Shown piece by piece: positions 1-11,608 of a stretch of DNA of 64,000 bases. Every line of letters starts with the position of its first letter. The stretch's first letter is position 1. Where the stretch lies: contig NC_059438.1 in NCBI RefSeq assembly GCF_021028975.2, positions 4,960,001 to 5,024,000 of the forward strand. Reading direction: 5' to 3'. The DNA comes from Sphaerodactylus townsendi. Lineage: Eukaryota. The translations under genes were made by a program, and so were the position numbers. Below the pieces are notes generated by a model. That model was given only the letters and a program-made list of their open reading frames with translations. It made no database searches and was not told the DNA's origin.

Positions 1-825
1 CAATATCGGATATTTTTAAAAAGCAAAAAAAGTGTGAGCTTGCAGTAAAATAGGAGGCAACTTTTGTCTTTTGGCCAAGAACAAAAGGGTAATTTTATGC
101 AAAGGATAATTTCTAATAATTAGAATGTAGGCATGACAGAGCACTCGGTAAGGACTTTCACCTGATTAAACCAATCCGTCAATTAATTGCATGAATTTAA
201 AATGGATGGACTCTGCACAAATACTGAGGTGAGCAAAGAAATTATTCTGAATCCAGAATGGTATCCCTCCTCTTTTTTAGAAGAAATGCACCTGTTTCAG
301 AGCAAGAACTATTTTTAAAGGCGGAGTGGGAGAAAGCCTCTTCAAAGAAAACCCTCACCAATAAAGCAAAATAGCTAGCTACCCGTTAGACAAGGAGTGT
401 GCCGCCAAGGTGTGGAACCTGAGGCATAACTTCTGATCCAAATTCCTGTGTATGGATGAAACCATTAGGTTGATAGAATAATGGCCTTTTCTGCATGCAC
501 AGCTTACCACAGATTTTCCCAGTGGTCAAACCTTGTGTCTTGGAAATGTTTTCGGTGAAATCATTCTGTACGCCTTCTCTCCCCACCATCACATTGGGTC
601 CCCCACCTTGTCTCTTAAGTTGCATTTATTCCACAAACTGCTGCTGAAAAAAAATTATTCATCATGGTGGTACAAAAAACAACCCTCCCCTTTTTATTCA
701 TTGGCAGATGTCCTAGTGCTAGTGCACAGTTACATTTTGAAGTAGCTATTCAAAAATGTCTCCACCTCCGTTTCTGCTATTGAGAACTACTAACCTGAAA
801 TGGAAGCCAAAAGAACTCCTGGAGC

Positions 826-1675
826 CATTACCTAAAGGAACAGAAACACACACACAAACACACACAGAACTACATTTTCCAGCCAAATCTGATCTGCAGT
901 AACACAAGATCGTTACTGCATCAGTCCCTAACTACATGCAGTGATTTCCCCTAGTACTCTTTTCAATTGACTTCAGCTTCAGAATTGCTGTCTGCCCCAA
1001 CACTGCATCGGTAGTGCAATATGACCGACAAAGCTGCTCCAATGGACCATGCTACCTCGTATCTCTGCCAAAATGTTAAAATCACAAGTTCTGTGTGAAA
1101 TTGACAAAGCTGATTCTGCCTCAACATTTCATCATTAGTTTGATATGACAAAGGGGAAAAAATCCTTTTGAAAATGGAGGAGGGGGAGTAGAAAATGGCT
1201 GAAGGGGAGACTGGGCAACTGCACAGGCTGTGGATAAGGGTCAAGTGTTTGCACAAAATGGAAGTCCCCTCCCCGTCCCAAGAAATCCCTACTGGAACAG
1301 GCACTATTACCTGAAGAAACAGAAATATGTTTACACACACAAACAACCACATTTTCCAGCCAAATTAGAGCTTCACTAACACACAATGGTTACTGTGGCA
1401 GTCTCTTATCAGTTTCCTTCTGCAAAACTAACTTTCCTTGTCAATTTCATTCCTAACTTCAGATACAGTGTATCTTTGCCTTAACTTTACATCACTAATT
1501 TGAGATGAAATTGACAAAGCTGACTCAAGTGACCTGGCTTCTGTCTGTGTCCTAACATTGCATCTCTAAAGTGATATGACAAAGTGCAAATTTTTAAAAA
1601 ATAAAACAGAGGACAAGGAAGAGGAGAAAATGGCAGAAAGGGAGGTTGGGTGACTACATGGGAACATGGATAACA
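826..1675. repeat. Old diverged direct duplication (~826-1240 vs ~1302-1675)
   Basis: Shared ordered anchors acattttccagccaaat, tgaaattgacaaagctga, tgatatgacaaag, agaaaatggc and tggataa. Confidence 0.75.
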
Positions 1676-2242
1676 GCCTGGTGAGGTGGAGAGATAAAGA
1701 CTGTTTCAACATAATCACATGCTGAAGGGAAGCTGGATTGAAAATTGATAGAAAAAACTATTGTGGTAAAAGTGCTCAAGAAAGCAATGGAGGAAAAATG
1801 AAGGGAAAACATTTTCAGGAGAAAAAACATGTGGAATCAGTAGAAAAAAATGTAGCATTCGGCAGTAAGATACACTGTAAACAACTCATGCAGAAAAGGC
1901 CAATGTTGGAGATCCTTTTTCAGTTAGTGAGTGATTTGGCCAGAAAAGGGGACATTTCACCAGAGAACTTTATCATTTGTGCATTTTGCATATAATTCAG
2001 GGAAAGAAGCCAGCAGCTTCTGCTGAACAATTCTGAAACTTTCCTTTGTCTTTTTTCAAGTTAACAAATAGGCCGAGACTAAAATGGAGTGAGAGAAAGT
2101 CCGGAACCTAAACGGGAATTTGGTCAATCTGAGCAAACGTTAAAAATTCAGATAATAAAAGCTGAGGTTTGTCAATTACATGTTGTGGCACGGTGAGTCA
2201 AGAGCTCATTGCTTTCAGCCCCTACAACTTCACTGAAGTGCC

Positions 2243-2463
2243 TGTGTGTGTCTGTAAAGTGCTACCAAGTCACCAACAATTTATGGTGACTCCATAATTT
2301 GGGCTTCTAAGGCAAGAGACATTCAGAGGTGGTTTGCCATTGCCTTACTGTGCCCAGCAATCATGAATGTCCTTGTTGGTCTCTCACCCAAACACTAACC
2401 AGGGACAATCCTTCTTACCTGCCAAGATCTGAGGAGATCAAGCCAGCCTGGGCTGGCCAGGTC
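2243..2463 (-). mobile_element. 5S rRNA-derived SINE
   Basis: Reverse complement contains a degenerate 5S internal-promoter segment (gatct..agc/gtaag.aggg..ccctggttagt.tttgg), followed by the ggcaatggcaaaccacctctg body and a (CA)n tail. Confidence 0.7.
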
Positions 2464-2709
2464 CTTCTGGTCACAGAAGGGACAACAATACCAAAAGTAT
2501 TATAAAATATCAGGTCACAGGCTAAAGGTCACATGAGGCATCTAGATAAAGTAAAAGCACAGAGAAGTACCTCATGTACCAGGTACAAGTCTAATAGAAA
2601 TGACTTTATGACAGGCTGGCATTCAGAAGTAAAAATATTCCTGTTAAGGATTACAGATTTTTTACAGCGCTTAGCCAGATATGCAGTAGTTCATGGAAAT
2701 CAGCACGAA

Positions 2710-2958
2710 TGGAGGGAGGGGGCCCGGCATCTGGACATGGCCCACCCACCCTAGCAGAGGGAGGGGAGGGAGGGGGATGGGTGGCATGCAAGGGAGGGAG
2801 GGAGGGAGGGAGGGGTGGCATGCAAAGGAGGGGAGGAAGGGGCCCAACATCTGGACATGGCCCGCCCACCCACTCTAGCGGAGGGAGGGGAGGGAGGGGG
2901 ACGGGTGGCATGCAAGGGAAGGAGAGGGAGGGAGGGGTGGCATGCAAGGGAGAGGAGA
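2710..2958. repeat. G-rich ~120-bp tandem duplication
   Basis: ggccc..catctggacatggccc occurs twice and ggtggcatgcaa four times, among GGGA runs. Confidence 0.8.
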
Positions 2959-3444
2959 GTAGATAAACAGTAAGCACTTTGTTGAAAAAATATATTCCAA
3001 AATGATTATATTTTAGCTAACCCACTATTTGCTTAATCCCTTGCATCTTGAAACAATTTCCCAAGGTTTGTTCAAATTTAGACTCCAAGTCACATCAGCA
3101 TTTCAACAAACCCTTTTCCATGTAGGCTACAAAACCATCTCTGTACACCCTGCTAGAATCTGCCACTCCCAAACGAAAGCTTGTTCACAGGGGATTACTT
3201 CAATCCATCAGTCGCCCCTGCAATGTACGAAAACAGCAGACAAAGCAAGTCCATCTGAACATAATCAGAATGCCTTCCGTTCTTCCCAGCTCTCATGTAT
3301 TCTGCAAAAGGTAGGATCAGAAATCATCTCACAGAAGCATGCAGAAAATCTGAGGTCCAATCCACAGCATACCCAGATTCTCAGAGGGCATATATTTTAT
3401 CACGGCAGTTTAGAAGCTATGATTTAACAAAATGCTGTCAAATC

Positions 3445-3640
3445 ACAGCTGACCTATGGAGATCTGCTCATGTGGTTTTCAAATCAAGTGAGGAGCAGAG
3501 ATGGTTTGCCAATGCCTGAGTCTGTGAAGAGACCCCGGACTTCTTTGATAGTTTCCTGTCCAAGTACTAATTGACGCCAACCCTGCTTAGCTTCCAAGTT
3601 CTGTTGAGATGGGGCTAGCTTGGGCTGTCCAGGTCAGGGA
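3445..3640 (-). mobile_element. 5S rRNA-derived SINE
   Basis: Reverse complement contains cttggaagctaagcagggttggcgtcaattagtacttgga, resembling 5S rRNA. Confidence 0.7.
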
Positions 3641-3843
3641 ACTGACGTGAGTAGGCTAGGTCTAATTTTCTTCAGAACAAAACATGAAAGCTGCTGAGGG
3701 ACATCAGTTCTCTGCACCTTTACCCCCATTTCCCCTCATCATTCTCTACTGCTCAAAGTCCTCTTCACCTCAGCCAGATTCATTTCTGCTTCAGGAATCA
3801 GGCTGAGGAGAAAAGTGTTCACAATCCCTCTTTCAGCAGACAC

Positions 3844-4190
3844 CAGGGCCCTGCAGGACCTTGCTCTCTTCCGCAGGGCCTGTAAGACAGAGATGTTCCA
3901 TCGGGTGTTTGGATGAGGCTTCCCATGAGTCCACTGATCCCTCTATAGGTCAGCCTCCCTTACATGGCGCATCACCAACTGGCATGCCCCCTCCCCTTCC
4001 CCCTCCTAATAAGTAGAATTGATCTGTGTCAGGATGAAGGGATGGAAATGTTTTATAGGCTGGGTTTTAATGCACCATCTGAAATGTTAGATTTTAAAGT
4101 TTTATACTGCATGTACAGTTATGTTTTGATCCCAATTGTAAGAAGCCCCGAGCCCAGTGAAGGCAGGGAATGGGCAGTGTATCAATTTAA
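3844..4190 (+). mobile_element. L2-like LINE 3' end
   Basis: Encodes ALQDLALFRRACKTEMFHRVFG-stop (L2-like C-terminus), followed by a tgta..agcccc.gagcc...gggc tail. Confidence 0.55.
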
Positions 4191-4679
4191 CTTTAAAAAA
4201 TTAAAAAGAAAAGCAATGTGGGCAAAAAGGGTCATGCCGCCGCCCCTCCTCTCCATTATTAAAAAAAAAATAACCATCTCATCTATACCTTAACAAAAAT
4301 TATAGTTTTCCCTGTGGCAACCAGTTTAGCCTCAAATTAACAGGAAACTACAGATTCCCAGTGGTCCTGGAAGTATTTTGGGTGTGGCAACATACTCAAT
4401 AAACCAAAACCACTCATACAAATATAATTGTTTGGCCAGAGGAACAGAAGCTATATTAAGCAAGCAGCAGTCCACAGAAAGAGGTTTATGCTCTTCTACG
4501 TGAGCCTCCAGACTAGCATTTTTCTGTGCCTCTGCAGAAATTCAGACTATCAGGTGGGAGGGGTGCCCCGTCCCACTCAATGAACCAAATGAACAGCAGC
4601 CTTGATCCAACCTAGTACATTTCTTGTACTTAGGCCAAGTTATCGCCAACTCAAATGGGATCACTGTCCTTCTTTTCCA

Positions 4680-4972
4680 NNNNNNNNNNNNNNNNNNNNN
4701 NNNNNNNNNNNNNNNNNNNNNNNNNNNNNNNNNNNNNNNNNNNNNNNNNNNNNNNNNNNNNNNNNNNNNNNNNNNNNNNNNNNNNNNNNNNNNNNNNNNN
4801 NNNNNNNNNNNNNNNNNNNNNNNNNNNNNNNNNNNNNNNNNNNNNNNNNNNNNNNNNNNNNNNNNNNNNNNNNNNNNNNNNNNNNNNNNNNNNNNNNNNN
4901 NNNNNNNNNNNNNNNNNNNNNNNNNNNNNNNNNNNNNNNNNNNNNNNNNNNNNNNNNNNNNNNNNNNNNNNN
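4680..4972. other. Assembly gap
   Basis: Run of N. Confidence 1.
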
Positions 4973-5984
4973 TGCCAAGCTTGTTAACTCACTGATAGAT
5001 TGCATTAATATGAATATTGTCTGTAGGGGACAAATGCTTTCGAGGAGTGAATGCAGCATTAGAAACATCAGCAAAAGCATCCATTGACGCAAAAATGCGC
5101 AATAAATAATAGATCTCAACTTTTATGTTCCCAGTCTTTGATCTGGTGCAACCGACGCTGTGGCACAGGAACGAGAGGAGGACCTTTTTAAGCTGGGGAG
5201 GAGGATGCCGGATGTCAATATATATTTTTAGCACAAGGCCGAAATGCGGGGGTGGGGGGGGAGAACAAAAAAAGTGCCAAAAGGTATGACTGAATGAGCA
5301 CAGCAGTAGAGAACCGAGAGGGACCCCGACTATTGTTTGAAAGCCAGGAAGACGGTATTTAATTGTACTCTATGGCTACCAAAAGCCTTATTAACGAGCC
5401 TGTCCTCTCCAGTGTAATTTGCAATGGAACAATAGGCAGCACGTTCTTTTTTTAAAAAAAAAAAATCCCGACAACTTGCAAGATGTGAAAATCATCCTCC
5501 ACAAAAGAATATCAAAAGCAAAAGAGAACATGAGCAAAACAGAAGAGGGAGAGGTCCTTGCACACAAGCAAGGGTTTGAATTTATCTGAGGTCTGTTCAT
5601 CCCAAACTCCCTTTGCCTTTGGGTCATTCCTTTTCCCACTGACCAGCTGTAACTTAGGGATGGGGGGGGGCACACACTCTTCTCCAGAGGTATATCTAGG
5701 GAAAATGTAGCCCAGTGCAGAATCTGAGTTTTCCTCTCCCCCTCCCCTCATATGGGCGGCCATTCTCCCCCACCACAACCAAACAACGTCTTTTTGTACC
5801 AGGTCTTGAAGTCAGTGTATGGACCCAGGGGGAAGGAGGAGGGGGGTGGGGCCCCACACATGATGAAATGGCAGCCCAGGGACATTTGTCCCTGCTGTTT
5901 CCAAAATCACATCCCCATTCACCAGTTGGTTGGTATAAATTATGGAGAGAAAGGTTCTAACTGGCTATGGGGGAAGGGATTACA

Positions 5985-6151
5985 GAAAGAACTGTGCATC
6001 AATGAAAACTAGGGAGGTGGTTGAGCTCCTCATCACTGGCAGTCTTTAAGCAGCAGCTGAAAAACATGTTAGGGACGCTCTAGGCTAATATTGCACTGAG
6101 CAGAGGGTTGGACTAGATGGCCTGTACGGCTCCTTCCAACTCTATGATTCT
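5985..6151 (+). mobile_element. CR1 LINE 3' end
   Basis: gggttggactagatggcc...ccttccaactctatgattcta is a typical CR1 terminus. Confidence 0.8.
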
Positions 6152-6362
6152 AGGTTCAGCACCACAGCCATTCCTAACCCAGAACCAAGGAAACTCAACA
6201 AAAGGGTACATCTCCAAGTTCTTGACCCACTGTTGTTCTGTGCCAATGTGCTCCATTTTTCCTTCCTGGAGGGGTATGGGTAGAGTCCACACTTGCAGAA
6301 ATCCATTCAAGGTGCCCAGATGCATCGTTGTTTGAATGCTCTGGCAACCCAGGTTTGCAGAA

Positions 6363-6563
6363 TAGGGCTGCTAACCTCCAAGTGGGGCCTGAACATCTCC
6401 TGTAATTTCTACGGAACTCCAGATGATAGAGATCAATTGCTCTGAAGAAATGGCTGCTTTGGAGGGTAGACTGTATGGCATTATACCCTTTCCCAAATAC
6501 CACCTTTCCTGGGCTCTACCTTCCAGTCTATAGGAATTTCTCAACCCTGAATTGGCCAGCCTA
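6363..6563. mobile_element. Old tagggttgcc-type MITE
   Basis: Degenerate termini tagggctgctaa / ttggccagcct; related fragments near 50080-50170 and 63835-63930. Confidence 0.55.
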
Positions 6564-6998
6564 TTGCAGGAAACCCTATATTTATGAACCACATTGAGGG
6601 AAGGGCATGAGCAAAAGTAAAAAGAAAAGTTAGTCACTCAGTCACCATTTGTGGCTGCTGAAGCAACCACCAGGAGGAACACATACCCAGATCTGAGAGG
6701 GACCTCTTCTGAAAAATAAGGTGCTATTTAACTACAGTGGCCAATAATCCTACTCCTTAAAAGACAGTGTGGCATAATGGTTAAAAGAACAATGCAGGAC
6801 CAAAATGGCTGCCAGTTCAAATCTCAATTCAATCATATTTGTTACACAAAAAATCACTAGATGGCATGATAAGCCTCAGTCCTCCTGTCTGCAATAGGGA
6901 GATATGAATCTAATCTTGAAACATTACGTCTGTTGTAACATTACGGTGACACTTCAGTGTTCTTTAAAGCCAGGAAGCACCAATCTTTGGGGTGAAAG

Positions 6999-9337
6999 CA
7001 GAAGCTGCACTCTAGGCAAACTACTGGGACAAAACCTGAGTTTGGCGCCTGACCTGGCTGCATGCATGAGGCGTACACCCTCCCCACCATGACCAATTTG
7101 GGCATTTTGGGTTATTTTTATGTGTTTTAGTTGCCTGCAGGAAGGCGCATTTAAAGTTAGTTGCAGGTCCATTGATTTCAGGGTACCATCCAGAGACTGT
7201 CCTGATGAGTACCACCTTAAATTTGAGGATGTTTGGTTCAGGGAAAGCAAAGTTAGTGGTCTCCCCAAAGGGGGGTGCCCCATCCCCATTGTTTTCAATG
7301 GGAGCTAACCTGAGATGGGGGCTACCCATTTGAGAGGACAATAACTTTGGTCCTCCTGAACATAACTTCAATTCCAAACTTGGGTGGCATCATAAGAATA
7401 AGCTAACAGGATGATACTCCTTGAAATTTTGGTGTCACTAGCTGTAAAACACATCCTCTTCCAGGCAACTCCCAAAAAATTTGCCCAAGATTCTTTGTTT
7501 TGCAGTGACTTTGCTCCACTGCAGCTAATGAGGAATTCCTGAGGCAGGGCTGCACATTTTGGAAGATAGAGGCAACCAGACTTCCTCAAGGTGGCTCCAG
7601 GAGGGCATCCTGCTAACTGCATCCAGGCTTAGAGACCTTTGCTTTCTGTCCACCCATATGGGCCCCCAAAGGCTTATTTTGTTTCAGCGCTCCCGCACAT
7701 GAAGCCTGCTGGGTGAGTTCTCTCTCAGAACTTCTTCCAGCTCCCACTCCACCCCCAAAAGCAAAGCAAGCTCACCAAGCTTGATGCTATTACTCAAGGC
7801 CTCTTGGAGCCACCCTTGAAAGCTTCACTTTGTCTTCAAAAAATGTGTGGTCACTGCTTACACACTCAGAAATTCCCCAGAATCTGCCCATCATCAAGCC
7901 TGCATGATGTGTATAGTTCTGTGCAGGGAAAAATTATTTTTTTCCCACCATAGACTTCTCAATGGGGTTTTCTGTTATGCCCAGCTGGCTCCTGTGGTAG
8001 AGGTTTCTAAACAGGAGGCACTGTGGTAGTGGTTTTCTCTACAGGGGCACCCTTATTTCCCTGTAGGGCTGCTGGTGTGAATCTTCCTGAAAGGAACCAG
8101 CTTCAACTTTGCTATAAAGTTTGCCTCAGTGATGGGTCGAATCGCTGTAAGGGTACCAGGTTTCACCTTTCAACTGTCGGTGCCCACAGCATTTTCCTCT
8201 TCACACACATTTTAGCAAATTTGGCTGGTTCCTTTCAGGAGACTCACACCAGCAGCCCTACAGGAAATGCCCCCCACTCAGAGGCAACATCCCTACCACA
8301 GTGCCTCCTGTTGAAAAAACCTCTCTACCACAGAGCCATCTGGGCATAACAGATAGCCCCCTTTATTGAAGCTCTATGGCGGGGAAAGTAATTTTCCCAC
8401 CACAGAACTCTGCTGAAGAAACCCTGGCAAATTCTGGGGATTTCACTTGAGTGTGTAGCAGCATTACTGCATTATTTGAAGATAGAGGCATCTCAGGACT
8501 CTCTCAAGGTGGCTCCCAAGAGACCTTTGAGTAATAGCATCCAAGCTTGGTGAGCTTTGCTTCTGGAGTGGGGGAGTTGAGAGAGTTCTGGGGAGAACTC
8601 AGCCCACAGGCTTTCATGTGCAGGAGCAAAGGAAACAAAAATAAGCCTTTGGGGCCCATAAAATTGAACCCCCCCCAGCAAAAGTCTCCAAACTCTGGAT
8701 GCAATTAGCAGGATGCCCTCCTGAGCCAAATTCCTGAAAGTCTGGTGCCTCTATTCTTCTGCCAAAAAAAAATGTGCAGCCTGCCTACACACTTCCAGAA
8801 ATTCCCATTGGCTGCCTAATGTAACAAAGTCACTGCAAAAAACAAAGAATCTTGGGCAAATTCCTTGGGGTGCCTGTAAAGGGTGTACTTTTACAGCTAG
8901 TGACCCCAAAAATTTCAGGTATCATCTGTTAACAATTCTTATGTTACTGTCACCTGTTTGGTGAAGATTATGTTCAGGGAGGACTAAAGTTATTGTCCCT
9001 CAAATGGGGTAGCCCCCATCTCAGGCTTAGCTCCCATTGAAAACAATGGGGATGGGGCACTTGCTTTGGGGTCCATAACTTGTTTCCCCCTGAACCAAAC
9101 ATCACCAAATTCTAGATGGTATCATCAGGACAGTTCCAGTCTGGGTGGTACCTCAGAAATTTCCTGGTGCCGCTAGCCTTAAAACTGCGCCCCTGCAGGG
9201 CTGGAACGAACGAAAAAACACTTTTAAAATGTAAAAACATACAAATCGACTCCTGAAATGTTGGCTTCCCCACGTGACCAAATGGGGGGGCGCCTGGGAC
9301 AAAGGCACCCCATGTCCCTAGGTAGGAACGCTCACTG
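6999..9337. mobile_element. Non-autonomous foldback hAT-like DNA transposon, copy 1 (~2.3 kb)
   Basis: CAG...CTG termini flanked by ggtgaaag (6991-6998) and gtgaaag (9338-9344). Diverged ~1 kb internal inverted arms centred near 8160. No transposase ORF. Confidence 0.75.
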
Positions 9338-9344
9338 GTGAAAG

Positions 9345-11608
9345 CAGAGCTGCACCCTAGGCAAACTGGCTGGGGACCAAAACCTGAGTTGGCACTGACC
9401 TGGCTGCATGTGAGGCCACCCTCCCCACCATGACCAATTTGGGCATTTTGGGTTGGCCACTAGTGTTTTAGTTGCCTGCAGGGAGCGCATTTAAAACTGG
9501 CTGCACCCTTGGTTCAGGGTACCATCCAAGACTGTCCTGATGAGTACTCACCTTAAATTTGGTGATGTTTGGTTCAGGGGAAGCAAAGTTATGGACCCCA
9601 AAGGGGGGTGCCCCATCCCATTGTTGTTTTCAATGGGAGCTAACCCTGAGATGGGGGCTACCCATTTTGAGGGACAATAACTTTGGTCCTTCCTGAACAT
9701 AACTTCACCAAACTTAGGTAACATCCATATAGAATATTAACAGGATGATACTCCTTGAAATTTTAGTGTCACTAGCTGTAACACATCTCTTCCAAGGCAC
9801 CCCAAACTTGCCCAAGATTCTTTTGTTTTGCAGTGACTTTGCTCCACTGCAGCTAATGAAAATTTCTGGGGCAGGGCTGCACATTTTGGAAGATAGAGGG
9901 CACCCAGACTTTCAAGGTGGCTCAGGAGGGCATCCTGCTAATTGCATCCAGGCTTAGGATACCTTGCTTCCTGTCCACCCATTTATGGGCCCCCCAAAGG
10001 CTTATTTTGTTTCCCCGCTCCTGCACATGAAGCCTGCTGGGTGAGTTTCTCTCAGAACTTCCAGCGCCCCACCCACCCCCAAAAGCAAAACTCACCAAGC
10101 TTGGATGCTGTACTCAAGACCTCTTGGAGCCACTTGAAAGTCTAGGCCTTTGTCTTCAAAAATGTGTGGTCACTGCTTACACACTCAGAAATTCCCCAGA
10201 ATCTGCCCATCATCAAGCCTGCATGATGTGTATAGTTCTGTGGTGGGAAAAATTATTTTCCCACCATAGACTTACAATAGAGACTTCTATTTATGCCAGC
10301 TGGCTCCTGTGGTAGGGTTTCAACAGGAGGCACTGTGGTAGTGGTTTTCTCTGGGCAGGGGCATGGCTTCCCTGTAGGGCTGCTGGGTGTGAATCTTCCT
10401 GAAGGAACCAGCTTCAACTTTGCTAAAAAAGTTTGCCTGTGATGGCGAATGCTGTAAGGGCATCAGGTTTCTGCTTCAACTGTCGGTGCCCACAGCATTT
10501 TCCTCTTCCACACATTTTATAGAATTGGCTGGTTCCTTTCAGGAGACTCACACCAGCAGCCCTACAGGAAATACCCCACTCAGAGGCAACATCCCTACCA
10601 CAGTGCCTCCTGTTGGAAACCTCTCTACCACAGAGCCAAATGGGCATAACAGATAACCATTAAGTCTATAATTGAGGAAAATAATTTTTCCCACCTAGAA
10701 CTTACTGAAAGAAACCCTGGCAAATTCTGGGAATTTCTGAGTGTGTGGCAGCTGGCTGCATTTTTTGAAGATAGAGGCATCTCAGGACTTCTCAAGGTGG
10801 CTCCAAGAGACCTTTGGTAATAGCATCCAAGCTTGGTGAGCTTTGCTTCTGGAGTGGGGTTGAGAGAGTTCTGGGAGAACTCAGCCCACAGAGCTTTCAT
10901 GTGCAGGAGCAAAGGAAACAAAAATAAGCCTTTGGGGGGCCCATAGAATTGAACCCCCCCCCAGCAAAAGTCTCCAAACTCTGGATGCAATTGGCAGGAT
11001 GCCCTCCTGGAGCCACCCTGAAAGTCTGGTGCCTCTATTCTTCTGCCAAAAGCCTGGGCTCTCTACTTCCAGAAATTCCCCCCCCATTAGCTGCCTAATG
11101 TAACAAAGTCACTGCAAAACAAAGAATCTTGGGCAAATTCCTTGGGGTGCCTGTAGGGGGGTGTACTTTTACAGCTAGTGACCCCCCAAAATTTCAGGTA
11201 TCATCTGTTAACAATTCTTATGATGTCAAGTTTGGTGGGGATTATGTTCAGGGAGGACTAAAGTTATTGTCCCTCAAATGGGGTAGCCCCCCCCATCTCA
11301 GGGTTATTAGCTCCCATTGAAAACAATGGGGATGGGGCACTTGCTGGGGGGTCCATAACTTGCTTCCCCTGAACCAAACATCCTGAAATTTAGATTGTAA
11401 CCTCAGGACAGTTCCAGTCTGGGTGGTACCCCAGGAATTTTCAGTGCCCTTAACTCTTAAAACTACACCCTGCAGGACTGGTGAAAAAACACTTTAAAAT
11501 GTAAAAAACATACAAACGACCCTGAAATGTTGGCGCCCCCCCACGTGACCAAATGGGGGGCGCCCGGGGACAAAGGGTACCCCATGTCCCTAGGTAGGAA
11601 CGCCACTG
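9345..11608. mobile_element. Non-autonomous foldback hAT-like DNA transposon, copy 2 (head-to-tail with copy 1)
   Basis: Colinear with 6999-9337; ends ...gtaggaacgccactg, followed by ggtgaaag (11609-11616). Confidence 0.75.

Noticed and set aside
4602-5119. ORFs spanning N runs (also near 19917, 51719 and 63151)
   Set aside because: Artefacts of translating through assembly gaps.
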